Source of the DNA: Candidatus Bathyarchaeota archaeon
GTDB lineage: Archaea; Thermoproteota; Bathyarchaeia; TCS64
Assembly (NCBI GenBank): GCA_963820555.1
Contig: CAWGAT010000047.1
Span: 33,982 to 97,981, forward strand
Direction: 5' to 3'
Length of the DNA stretch: 64,000 nt
Position 1 is the stretch's first letter, and the number at the start of each line of letters is the position of its first letter. The notes beneath the pieces are model-generated. The model was not told where the DNA came from. It did no database searches and worked only from the letters and a program-made list of their open reading frames with translations. The position numbers and the translations under genes are program-made. Of this stretch, positions 20,501-30,557 are shown one piece after another.

Positions 20501-20916
20501 ATGAAGAACGATGAAAAAGCATCCGAGGGATCCGAAGCGGATCCCCTACGGAACGAACGAAGGTAGTCGAGGGCCTTGAGAAGGGGGACCTCGTCGTCGT
20601 GAGGTGGACGGACGCGAGCGACCGGAAGGCGCCCCTGGAGGAGCACATCGGGGACCCGAGCATCTACTGCAAGGACTGGGGGATATACCTCGGCGTCACG
20701 GGCGCACGAGCGACGTTCATACTCATCGGGAAGGACATCGTCGAGGTCCACAACGAGTGGGGGGCGACCAGGATACCGCTGGAGCTCGTCGAGGAGGTGA
20801 TACGGTGTCCTACCCGAGAACAAGTCGTGAGAAGAATTCGGGAGATTCAGGTCCTCGGCGGAAGGGTGCGCCTCAGGAAGAGGAGGAGGGAGGTAAAGGT
20901 TGTTAGAGTGGCTTAA
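20501..20916 (+). CDS. hypothetical protein (frameshifted N-terminus)
   Basis: ATG at 20501, then a frame change into the 105 aa ORF 20599..20916 (RWTDASDRKAPLEEHIGDPSIYCKDWGIY ...). Confidence 0.25.
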
Positions 20917-20984
20917 GGAGAAGCTAACGAAGACGATGGTTCAGGCGGCGCCCGGAGGAGCGCCGCATAAGGGTAGTCGAGGAC

Positions 20985-21160
20985 GTGCCCAGCGACAGAT
21001 TCGTCCTACTAGTCGCACTCATGGTCATATTCTTCGCGGGTCTCATAGCCCTCGAGGTGGCGCACATGGTCGTCTTCGGCGCAGTGGAACGAGGCCGTCT
21101 TCAACGGCGTCATGCTGATCGTCGGCACCATCGTCGGCGCCGTCTGGGGGAGGAGCGAGG
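20985..21160 (+). CDS. small 2-TM membrane protein (holin-like topology), frameshifted
   Basis: FVLLVALMVIFFAGLIALEVAHMVVFGAVE, then after a frame change AVFNGVMLIVGTIVGAVWG. Two hydrophobic helices in ~60 aa. Confidence 0.25.
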
Positions 21161-21161
21161 C

Positions 21162-21850
21162 ATGATCAGCGCGAGGGTCAGGCCCCGCCGCTACGACTCC
21201 GAGCGGGGCTGCTACGTCTACGACGTCAGCATTCAGGACGAAGACCAAGATCACGGAGCGCACCGCTAAGGTGGCGGAGGCCTTCGGCCTAGGCATCGAC
21301 GAGGAGAGTGAGCAGTGCTCCTCAGGGGCTTCGAGCTCAGGCTGGTGGAGGGGGACATCGTCTACATAACCGGCGAGTCCGGATCCGGCAAGTCGGTGCT
21401 GCTCAGGGCCCTGCAGCGAGGACCTGGGAGACCGGGCCGTGGACATCGCCGAGGTCACGGTGGACGCCTCAAGCCCATCGTGGACACCGTCGGCTCCAGC
21501 TTCCCGGAGGCGCTGGGGCTCCTCAGCCGGGTGGGCCTCAACGACGCCTACCTGTTCCTCCGCAGGTACCACGAGCTCAGCGACGGGCAGAAGTACCGGT
21601 ACCGGATCGCCAGGATGGTCGACTCCGGCAAAAGGTTCTGGCTCGCCGACGAGTTCTGCATCGACCCTCGACAGCACCACGGCCAAAGTCGTCGCCTACA
21701 ACATACAGAAGCAGGCGAGCCACAGCGGAGCCACCCTGGTCGTGGCGACGAGCCACACCGACCTCGAGGAGGACCTGGCCCCCTCCGCCCTCATCAGGAA
21801 GGGCTGGGGCGACGAGGTAAAGGTCGAGTACAGGGAGAACAGGGAGGCAC
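21162..21850 (+). CDS. stand-alone ABC-type ATPase (Walker A, ABC signature, Walker B, H-loop), at least 3 frameshifts
   Basis: Walker A is ITGESGSGKSVLLRAL. The ABC signature LSDGQKYRYRIARMV is a variant of LSGGQ. Walker B is RFWLADEF. The D-loop/H-loop VVATSH appears in the next frame. Pieces are spread over ORFs 21315..21869 and 21439..22605. Confidence 0.5.
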
Positions 21851-21939
21851 CGGAGTGCACGGCCGATAAGAGGCATAACCATACCGAGAGGGCACGAAGG
21901 AGGACTACGCCCGGCTCAGCTAGCCTCCACTACAGGGAC

Positions 21940-22708
21940 AGCCGCCTACCCGTCCCGATGAAGATCTACGCCGCGCGCCGCGGCGACGAGCTTGTCGGCG
22001 TCATCGCCTACAGCTACCCCGGAGTCAACGCCCAGGGAGGAGGCTCGCCGTCGGCTAAACCGCCCCACCCTCGAGGAACTCAACAGCGACTGGGCCGTCA
22101 TAAGCCGCGTCATCGTCCACCCCAAGTACCGAACAACCGGCCTCGGCGCCCGACTCCTCCGCGAAACGCTGCCCCTAGTTGGGCGCCGCCACGTGGAGCT
22201 CATCGCGGTGATGGCGGAGTACAACCCCTTCGCCGAGCGAGCCGGCATGACCCTCATCCACCAATCAACCCCCGATCCCACCGTCACCGCCGCCATCAAA
22301 GCCCTCCGAACACTCGGCTTCGACCCCTTAACCCTAACAAGCCAAGCCCAGAACAAACGAACACTGGAATCCCTTTCCCCCGAGGACCTAGAGGAGGTCC
22401 GCCGGATCCTCCTAAGCGTACACAGCGTCTACTACAAGCGCATCGGCAGCACCGACAGCGCCTACACCCGCCGCCCAGAGATGAAAGCCTGGCTCAGCAA
22501 ACAGGGACCAGCCCGTCTCTCAGTGAGCCTCAAGGCCCTCGCCGTGCTCGGCCAATCAAAGGCCTACCTCTATTGGAGCAGCCAAAATCAAATCGAGGAG
22601 GGTGAAATTCCCAGCCACAGCTGTAAAAATATTTTTTTTCGCAAATACCCTCCTACTGGGAAATTCGAGTACCCCACTGGGAATTTGCCGGCCCAAAACG
22701 GGGGGTGA
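21940..22708 (+). CDS. GNAT-family N-acetyltransferase domain protein (frameshifted)
   Basis: ELVGVIAYSYPG (beta-strand before motif A), then in the next frame VISRVIVHPKYRTTGLGARLLRE, the canonical GNAT motif A (R/Q-x-x-G-x-G/A). Confidence 0.45.
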
Positions 22709-22930
22709 ATGTTCTCGAGGAGCTACATTTTCACTGAGAATGAGAGGAGGAGACTGAAGGCTTGGCTGGAGAGCGACGTAGAGGACAACCAAACCAAAAA
22801 ACTCTTCACAGGAGTGAGGCGGGGCCTCACCCCGATAAAGCGAGACATGGAACTAAAAATCGCGGCGCGCCTGATGGCACACACCTCCGATTTTCGAGCC
22901 CCGACACATAAACTCTCCGGAAGAATTTAG
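22709..22930 (+). CDS. hypothetical small protein
   Basis: 73 aa, basic, no motif. Weak call. Confidence 0.2.
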   Translation: MFSRSYIFTENERRRLKAWLESDVEDNQTKKLFTGVRRGLTPIKRDMELKIAARLMAHTSDFRAPTHKLSGRI

Positions 22931-23000
22931 ACAAAAATAATGTTGTTATTAAATTAACTCACAAACAAGATGCAGTCACCCGGTCGAGGGCTCATTACAC

Positions 23001-23315
23001 TCAAGCTTTCTTCTCCCTAAGACTCATCATGACTCCGCCCTTTTTCGTGTACTCATGGAGCTTCTCGTAATCTGTCTCAGCCAATATTTTCCCATCTTTC
23101 TCTATCTTGTACAGGCAGAACTTGAATAACACGCCCTCATGGTTGAACACTATATCATAGGGCAAACCCCCGCATTTTTCGCATTTCGCGTTGCTGTCGA
23201 TCTTGTCCAAGAACTCTTTATAGCCTTCACCCCTCGGTGTGGAGGTATCGACTCTCTCAATGAGATGTTCTTCAGCCAATTTCTTTTCCTTCCTCTCTGG
23301 AAAGATGGTCTTCAA
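23001..23315 (-). CDS. hypothetical protein with a CxxC pair
   Basis: 104 aa. The only cysteine motif is a single KCEKCGG pair. Confidence 0.3.
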   Translation of the reverse strand: MKTIFPERKEKKLAEEHLIERVDTSTPRGEGYKEFLDKIDSNAKCEKCGGLPYDIVFNHEGVLFKFCLYKIEKDGKILAETDYEKLHEYTKKGGVMMSLREKKA

Positions 23316-23356
23316 TGCGTAATGTGTTGCCGTTGGTTTAAGTATCCTTCAGGTGT

Positions 23357-25088
23357 TTAGCACTCGGGGAGGATCACGTCGAGTAGGGCGTGTTTACCCT
23401 TTTTCACCTGCCGCAGGGCTCTGAGTAGGGCGGGCTTGACCTCGGAAGGATCCGTGATCTCCTCCCCGTAGCCACCGAAGGACTCGGAGAGCTTGGCGTA
23501 GTCGGGCTTCGGCTTCGCGTAGACGCCGTAGATCCTCCCGCTGCATATGGCGTGCCCCTTAGGGTAGTAGCGTGGGTGGTGCTTCATAGCGGCATAGCCC
23601 TGGTTATCGTATATCACTGTGAGGATGGGGATGGCGTACTCCTGGGCGAGGCCAAGGCAGGCGTGAACGGGATTGTAGTTGAAGCTTCCATCCCCCTCAA
23701 GGGCGATGACGGTCTTATCCGGGGCGGCGAGCTTTGCGCCGAGGGCGACGCCTAGACCTTGTCCAAGCCCCGTATGGGCGACGGGACCCGTGGCCTCGAG
23801 CTGCGACCCTGGCACGGTTCGGTGGCGCTCGATGTGTTCGAAAATCATCGTACTGTGGCTGATGGTCTCATGGACGAGAATCGTGTCTTTATCCACGACC
23901 TCGTCTATGCAGTGGCTGAGCCACAGTCGGGCTGATAGGACACTGGTCCTTTGTGGAGAGGGCTGCCTTCCTCCATTCCTCCCTGAGGCGTTTATGTTCC
24001 GCTCCCCAGCGCGTTAGCCGATCCTCCACCCGCTTGCCGAGGCCCCGCACCCTAAGTACTTCAGCAACGAGCGCGGGTAGGGCGATGCTCGAGTCGGCGG
24101 CTATTAGGAGGTCGGCGGGATAACCGTAGACAGGGTACTTCACCTGCAAGGGATCGAGGTCCAAGAAGACTATCTTGGCTTTGCTCCTATCGGTGATGCT
24201 GTTGGGTGGATACCATGGTGGCCACCCGTTTGCGTCGATGACAAGGATGAGGTCTGCGTCCGCGAGGTAATTACCCATACTGGGGCCCATGTGTAGTGGG
24301 TTATCGGTGGGGTAATTGGCATAGCCGGGTGTCTCGAAGACCGGCGCTCCGACCAACTCCGCCAGCTCGACTAGGGATGCGACCGCGCCCTGGTTTCTCC
24401 CGAGGTAACGGGTGTAGATTAGGGGGTTCTCCGCTTTCGCTAGCATCCCCGCCAACTTCCTCAGTGCCTCTGGGTCCGCCTGAACCCGCGAGGGCCTCGG
24501 GTTCGGGTAGGGCACCCTCATCTTCTCCTTCTTCTCGAAGAGTAACTCCCGGGATAGAGAGAGCATCACGGGCCCCTTGATGTCTGTAGAAGCAATGTCG
24601 AGGCCCCTAACCATCGTGGAGAGGATGTTAACGTTCGACTCGGGGGTGTCCACCCACTTCATATAGGGCTGGACGAGCCTCTGCTGCCCCCCGACCTCGG
24701 TGAACGAGAGGTAGTGGGGTCCGGGCGTCCCGCCATAGACCTCTTCGTCGTGGGTCCTCGCCTCACCGACGAGCAGCATGAGGGGTATCTGGTCGGTGTA
24801 CGCCGCCTTGAGCTCCATCGCGCCGTGGAGCATCCCCGTGAGGACGTGCGCCATGAGGACCTGAGGCCTCCCCGTCACCATGTAGTAGCCCTTAGCGAGA
24901 GAGACGGAGAGCCCCTCATGTCTCGTGTTCATGTAGAGGGGCTTCTTCCCCGCCTCGTTGTACTTCGCAAGGTACTCCCAGATTGGGACGAACTCCGTCC
25001 CAGGCGAGCTGAAGACATAGTCCACACCGTATTGGTGGAGAACTTCGACATAGCCCTCCGCCGCGCCCTCGACACTAATCTCTTTCAA
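23357..25088 (-). CDS. thiamine-pyrophosphate enzyme (acetolactate synthase large-subunit / sulfopyruvate decarboxylase-like), frameshift near 23890
   Basis: The N-terminal 399 aa hold the TPP-enzyme Pyr domain (GVDYVFSSPGTEF ... ) and the central domain. The C-terminal 179 aa, in a different frame, hold the TPP-binding motif ALEGDGSFNYNPVHACLGLAQEYAIPILTVIYDNQGY. Confidence 0.7.
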
Positions 25089-25148
25089 TATAGAGACCCC
25101 TAAGGCAACTGGTAGCCGAGGGGTTAAATCACTTCGTGGTAGGTTTGC

Positions 25149-26186
25149 CTAGCCGAACCACTTGTCGAGCCTCGCGGCGCCCTTCGTGGCGTTGCTGAAC
25201 CCCTTATTCATCTTTTCGATGGCCGCGAGAACCTTCTCCCTGCTGAAGTTGTGCTCGCCGCAGAGGTAGCTGAGTATCCCCGCGGTGTCGGGCTTCCCCC
25301 ACTCGAGTTTATACTCGTCGGTTACATCGGGGTGGAGGAAAAGCGTCCTTATGTCATCGACTGGATGTGGGAACTCAGCTTTTGGCAGCTCAGACAGTGC
25401 GCCCTCTAGGTTGCTGTGCTTCTTGATGAGCTTGATTGCGGTCTTCGGCCCAATCCCCTTGATGCCGTCGGGGTTATAGTCAGTCCCGATGAGGATGCCC
25501 ACGTCTATCAACTGCTCCCTAGTCAGACCGAGCTCGGTCAGGAGCTTCTGGTACTCGTATATCTCGGGCTCGACCTTGATGTAGACGTTCTTACGCGGGA
25601 GCTTGCGGCGCCCGCTTATGGAGAGGTTGCGGACGAGGCGCGGGGCCCCGAAGAGCATTGAGTCGAAGTCCTGACTGGATGAAGCCCAGACGGAGCCCTT
25701 TATAGCCATGTGAGCGGCTTGAGCTTCCCCTTCACCCGGAGCCTGAATCCAGGGAATACCCATGAGAGTTAAGAGTCTCTTCGCGTCCCCGATGATGTTG
25801 GTGGTGGCGATGACGCTCTGCTGACCCCAGCGGCGGGCGCCCTCTTTGTCCCCTTCCTCGACGGCCTTCGTGTACCTCTGCCGCGCATGGACGCGTACAT
25901 CGTGGCGTGCTTCTAGGGTCTGCCTCTTGAACTCATGCGGCTTACCGTCGAAGCAGTAGACGACCCTCACCCCGGCCTCCATCAGGTTGCTATTTCTGTA
26001 GATTAGACCGCTGAGGTGGCTGGTTACGTTGCCCTGAGCGTCCTTTAGGGACTCCCCCCCTTGGCCACGAATAATTGCTAGAAACTGGTAGATGATGTTG
26101 TGCCCGTCGAATGCGACGGATCTACCCTTAAGCTCGTCGAGAGATATCTTACGGGGCTCCACGAGGTCGCCGAACTGGACGCCCAA
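25149..26186 (-). CDS. fen: flap endonuclease 1 (FEN-1)
   Basis: 345 aa. MGVQFGDL ... VAFDGHNIIYQFL ... YCFDGKPHEFKRQT ... GIPWIQAPGEGEAQAA ... H3TH region IGTDYNPDGIKGIGPKTA. Intact. Confidence 0.9.
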   Translation of the reverse strand: MGVQFGDLVEPRKISLDELKGRSVAFDGHNIIYQFLAIIRGQGGESLKDAQGNVTSHLSGLIYRNSNLMEAGVRVVYCFDGKPHEFKRQTLEARHDVRVHARQRYTKAVEEGDKEGARRWGQQSVIATTNIIGDAKRLLTLMGIPWIQAPGEGEAQAAHMAIKGSVWASSSQDFDSMLFGAPRLVRNLSISGRRKLPRKNVYIKVEPEIYEYQKLLTELGLTREQLIDVGILIGTDYNPDGIKGIGPKTAIKLIKKHSNLEGALSELPKAEFPHPVDDIRTLFLHPDVTDEYKLEWGKPDTAGILSYLCGEHNFSREKVLAAIEKMNKGFSNATKGAARLDKWFG

Positions 26187-26198
26187 CTACGTGGCCCC

Positions 26199-26411
26199 CT
26201 ATGAAAGCTCTATTCGCCTCTTGCCCTTGGCCATCTTCGTGACCCTGACGAGACCCTGGATCTCCATCTCCATCAGGATCTTGCCAAGCTCAGTCTGGTT
26301 AATGTCACTCTGGTACTTCTGCACCTGCTTGAGGAGGTCGTCAAACTCCTGCGCGCCCCCCCTTCCGAGTGCCTCGATGATCGTCGACGGTATGAGCTTC
26401 ACGTCCATCAA
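26199..26411 (-). CDS. small winged-helix DNA-binding protein
   Basis: 70 aa. INQTELGKILMEMEIQGLVRVTKMAKGKRRIELS has a wHTH shape. Confidence 0.35.
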   Translation of the reverse strand: MMDVKLIPSTIIEALGRGGAQEFDDLLKQVQKYQSDINQTELGKILMEMEIQGLVRVTKMAKGKRRIELS

Positions 26412-26416
26412 ATCAC

Positions 26417-28595
26417 CTAAGCTATGTCCATCGGAGGCTTGAGCTGGTCACGGATGCGCTTGTTCGTGTCCAGGTACCACTTCTCCATCTCTGGAGTTAT
26501 CGAGGGTACTATATCTGCCATAACCTTGTCGAAGTCCGCTGACGTGACCTTCTGCGTCTCGGGGTCCTTGCGGAGGGCGTTGATGGCTGCCTCGCGGCAT
26601 ATGGAGTCGATATCAGCCCCACTGAAGCCCTGCATCTTCTTCGCCAAGTCGTCTATCTTAACCTTCTCGAGCGGCATGTCCTTCGTCTTTATCTGAAGGA
26701 TCTTGAGCCGAGCTTCGTAATCTGGGGGCGGCACGTAGACACGTCTGTCGAATCTCCCAGGGCGGAGTACGGCGGGGTCGATCATATCGGGGCGGTTCGT
26801 CGCCGCGATGACGACTATGTTCTGGAGGCTGATCAGGCCGTCTATCTCGGTGAGAAGCTGGCTGATGACGCGCTCCGTGACGCGATTGTCGCCACCTCCC
26901 CCCCTCGAGGGGACGAGGGCGTCGAACTCGTCGAAGAAGATGATGCTAGGCGCGGCCATGCGGGCCTTCCTGAAGGTCTCCCGTATCGCCTTCTCGGACT
27001 CTCCGACCCACTTGCTGAATATCTCAGGGCCCCTGATACTGATGAAGTTAGCCTCAGACTCTGTGGCGACGGCCCGTGGCTAGGAGCGTCTTGCCGCAAC
27101 CTGGTGGGCCGTGTAGGAGAATGCCCTTGGGGGGCTGGATGCCGAGGCGCGTAAACCTCTCAGGGTTCTTGAGCGGCCACTCCACCGCCTCCTTTAAGGA
27201 CTGTTTGACCTCCTCCAATCCCCCCACCTCGTCCCAGTGGACGTTCGGAGTCTCAACGTAGACCTCGCGCATCGCCGTCGGGGTGACCTCCCTGAATGCC
27301 CCCATAACGTCATCGGTGGTTACGACCATCTGGTCTAGTACCTCGTGGGGTATCCTCTTCTGTTCTAGGTCGATCTTGGGGAGGTACCTGCGGAGCGCCT
27401 TCATCGCCGCTTCGCGGCTGAGTGCCTCGAGGTCCGCACCCGTGTAGCCGTGGGTGAATTCGGAGATCTTCTGTAGGTTGACGTCCTCAGCGAGGGGCAT
27501 GCCGCGTGTGTGTATCTGCAGGATCTCAAGGCGGCCCTCTCTGCTGGGGGTGGCGATCTCAATCTCCCTATCGAAGCGCCCGGGGCGGCGGAGCGCCTCG
27601 TCTATGGCCTCGGGCCTGTTCGTAGCACCGATGACTATGATGTGTCCCCTGCTCTTCAGCCCGTCCATGCTTGCGAGGAGCTGGGCGACGACGCGCCTCT
27701 CGACTTCGCCGGTGACCTCGCTCCTCTTCGGCGCGATGGCGTCTATCTCGTCTATGAATAGGATGCTGGGCGCGTTCTTCTCCGCGTCCTCGAACATCTT
27801 CCTGAGCCTGCCCTCGGACTCGCCGTAGAACTTGCTCATTATCTCGGGGCCGTTTATGGCGTAGAAGTTCGCGTCCGACTCGTTAGCGACGGCCCTGGCG
27901 AGGAGAGTCTTACCGCAGCCCGGCGGACCGTGGAGGAGTACACCCTTCGGGGGGTCGATGCCCAGCCTCTGGAATATCTCCGGGTGGCGGAGCGGAAGCT
28001 CAACCATCTCCCTGATGCGCCGGATCTCCTCGTTCAACCCACCAATGTCCTCATAGGTGGTCCTACTCGGCATCTCCATCTCAGGGACGGGCTCGCTCAG
28101 AATCTGGATCTCTGAAGTCGGCGAAATCTTCACTATGCCCGCGGGGCGGGTGTTGACCACCATGAAGGGAACTGAGTGGCCTAGCATCATGATTAGCAGT
28201 GTATCCCCTCGCGTCGCAGGCCTGTCGATGAGGCGGTCCTTAACGAAGCGGATGAAGTCGTTGTCTACACTGATCCTTATGTCGACGGGGGCGAGCTTCA
28301 CCGACACGGCGTACTCGGCTTCCGCCTTCTTCACCTGAACAAACTCGTTTATGCTGACGTTGCAGTTCTTGCGAATGAACCCGTCTATGCGAAGGAGACT
28401 GAGTCCCTGGTCCTCGGGGTAGGCTGGCCATGCCTTCGCCGCCGTGGATTTCTTCCCGACAATCTCCACGACGTCGCCTACGGTGACGCCTAGGGTCTTC
28501 ATCGTCTCGGAGTCCATCCGGGCTATGCTGCGCCCGACGTCCCTCTGCTGTTTCGCTTCGGCTACCTTCAACTGGACGCTGCTCAAAAGGTCCAC
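26417..28595 (-). CDS. cdc48: CDC48/VCP-like AAA+ ATPase (N domain plus two AAA domains), split by frameshifts near 27060 and 26960
   Basis: The 513 aa piece has the N domain, D1 Walker A ([20 protein letters not shown]) and Walker B ([14 protein letters not shown]), and the start of D2 ([15 protein letters not shown]). The 180 aa piece, in another frame, carries the D2 Walker B region [12 protein letters not shown], sensor/arginine finger and C-terminal helices. Confidence 0.8.
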
Positions 28596-28681
28596 CCTGG
28601 GGCTAACTCAGCTTCTGAGTGGGTTCTATTCATATAAAGATTAGTTTGTAGTAAGTGTGACTCCTTGGTGATGTGGGTTAG

Positions 28682-29755
28682 CTATATTACCCCTGTTTCA
28701 GTTGCGAGAGCCTCCGCTGAAACGTGATCAAGCTTAATCTTAGACAATATGGTGTACCTGTCTGGTCTCACGCTCTGCGCCATTTTGAGAGCCTCCACGA
28801 TCTTCTCCCTTTTCACACCTAGGCCTTCAGCCGTCGTCGGCGCGCCAAGGGTCTCCAGGCTGTCCCTTATCTTCTCCCAGTCGAGGCCGTGGAGCCTCGC
28901 CATCATTATCGTCCCTACGCCGCACTGCTCGCCGTGGAGGGCGGGCTTGTCAACTATCAAGTCGAGGGCATGACTGAACAGGTGAGCGGAGCCACTGCAG
29001 GGTCGGCTGCTCCCCGCGATGCTCATCGAGGTGCTGCAACTGATGAGAGCCTCCAGAAGGTCCCTGACGGTCTCCGCTGTGTTTTGGCGTATCTTCTTGG
29101 CACTCTCCATGATGAGCTGGCTGCTCATTAGAGCGAGGCTCCCCGCGTAGGCGCCGTAGTAGTCACCATTATCGCGATGTGCGAGCTTCCAGTCCTCCAC
29201 CTCGGTGGCCTTGCTTATCACATCACCACATCCCGCGGCGGTGAACCTATATGGGGAGGCCGCGATGATGCCGCTGTCCATTACGACGGCTATGGGGGAG
29301 ACCGCCTTGACGGTGTATGGACGCTCCATCCCCTTGACTGAGGCGAGGCTACTCGCTATCCCGTCGTGGCTCGCCACGGTTGGGACGCTTATAAAGGCGC
29401 AGCTCGTCTTCGCCGCGGCCAGCTTGGCGACGTCGATGCTTCTACCTCCACCTACGCCGATAAGGACCTCGGCCCTTGACCTCTGTGCGTCCTCCATCAC
29501 TCGCCCAACCGTCTCGAGCTGGGCATCTTCCACTATTGACCTGTCCGAGTCGATCCCGTCGTTTGCGAGGATCCACTGAACCTTCTCCCCCGCTACCTTC
29601 AGGGTGCTCCTCCCGGTCACGATCAACGCCCGGTGGAAGCCAAGCTCCTTACATACACCGTTTATCGCAGACAGAACACCCTTACCCACAAGCACTATCC
29701 GGGGTAAGTCTATTCGGTGGACAGGAATCGCCTTGGGCGGGTCGGGTGACGCCAT
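28682..29755 (-). CDS. egsA: glycerol-1-phosphate dehydrogenase [NAD(P)+]
   Basis: 357 aa, iron-containing ADH fold. GVGGGRSIDVAKLAA ... SVPTVASHDGIASSLAS ... HGEQCGVGTIMMARLHG. The archaeal lipid-backbone enzyme. Confidence 0.85.
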   Translation of the reverse strand: MASPDPPKAIPVHRIDLPRIVLVGKGVLSAINGVCKELGFHRALIVTGRSTLKVAGEKVQWILANDGIDSDRSIVEDAQLETVGRVMEDAQRSRAEVLIGVGGGRSIDVAKLAAAKTSCAFISVPTVASHDGIASSLASVKGMERPYTVKAVSPIAVVMDSGIIAASPYRFTAAGCGDVISKATEVEDWKLAHRDNGDYYGAYAGSLALMSSQLIMESAKKIRQNTAETVRDLLEALISCSTSMSIAGSSRPCSGSAHLFSHALDLIVDKPALHGEQCGVGTIMMARLHGLDWEKIRDSLETLGAPTTAEGLGVKREKIVEALKMAQSVRPDRYTILSKIKLDHVSAEALATETGVI

Positions 29756-29917
29756 CAGGAACCCCGGGGGCTAGAATCAAGGAGGGACCCAGTGGGCTAT
29801 AACCCCTCTGGTTTACCCTTTTTTCAATCAACGGAAAAGGTTTTTAAAGCACACCCAGAATCTAAACTTGGTCTTCCTTCTAAGGATACCCTCACTAAGA
29901 GTGTTAGTAGGGGAAGG

Positions 29918-30556
29918 ATGAGAATGGCTAAAGAAGTCGAGGCGTTTAAAGGAACAACAACGGTTGGCGTCGTCTGTAAAGACGGCGTCATACTAGGCAC
30001 AGACACCAGGGCCACCGCTGGGAACTACGTCGCGAGCAAGCACGCGAAGAAGGTTTACCAGATAACGGATAATCTCGCGATGACCATCGCTGGCGGAGTC
30101 GCCGTTGCCCAGAGGGTCGTCGAGATACTCAAAGTAAACACCCGACTCTACGAGTTGGAGAAGGGCCGCCCAATGCCAGTGAAATCGGCGGCGACACTAG
30201 TCTCCGGAATCCTCTTCCAGAACCGTGAGGCGGGCGCCCCACTCCCCATGCAGGCAATCGTCGGCGGATTCGACGAGACTGGCGCACACATATTCAACCT
30301 CGACCCCTTCGGCAGCCTCCTTGAGGACAAGATGATCTCCACAGGCTCCGGCAGCCCCTTCGCCTACGGTGTCCTCGAGGCGATGTACAAGGAGGATAAA
30401 TCCGTCAAGGAGATGCTCCCAGTCGTCGTGAGGGCTATCGATTCCGCTATGAAGAGGGATACCTACAGCGGAGACAGCTTCGACGTAGCCATCATCGACA
30501 AGAAGGGATACAGGGAGCTCGCCCCCGCTGAGAAGGAAGCGTTATTGAAGGCCTAA
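29918..30556 (+). CDS. psmB: proteasome beta subunit (Thr1 N-terminal nucleophile after a propeptide)
   Basis: FKGTTTVGVVCKDGVILGTDTRATAG ... The GTTT cleavage site and beta-subunit fold are clear. Start chosen at Met 43 of the ORF-track product. Confidence 0.85.
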   Translation: MRMAKEVEAFKGTTTVGVVCKDGVILGTDTRATAGNYVASKHAKKVYQITDNLAMTIAGGVAVAQRVVEILKVNTRLYELEKGRPMPVKSAATLVSGILFQNREAGAPLPMQAIVGGFDETGAHIFNLDPFGSLLEDKMISTGSGSPFAYGVLEAMYKEDKSVKEMLPVVVRAIDSAMKRDTYSGDSFDVAIIDKKGYRELAPAEKEALLKA

Positions 30557-30557
30557 G

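Larger units (their letters stand above)
16130..22710 (+). mobile_element. integrated tailed-virus-like or defective provirus region (structural-module remnant), heavily frameshifted
   Basis: GC rises abruptly from ~33% to ~62% at ~16130. A co-directional run of ORFs includes an HK97 gp10-like tail-completion protein, a coiled-coil/2-TM tape-measure-like protein and LamG/CBM-domain fibre-like proteins. Host-like genes resume at ~23000. No integrase, terminase, portal or capsid gene was recognised. Confidence 0.45.

Noticed and set aside
22640-22700. Short direct repeat actgggaa(a)tt occurring twice, ~12 nt apart, near the right edge of the virus-like block, as a possible att site
   Set aside because: Too short (10-11 bp), and no matching copy was found at the left boundary near 16130.
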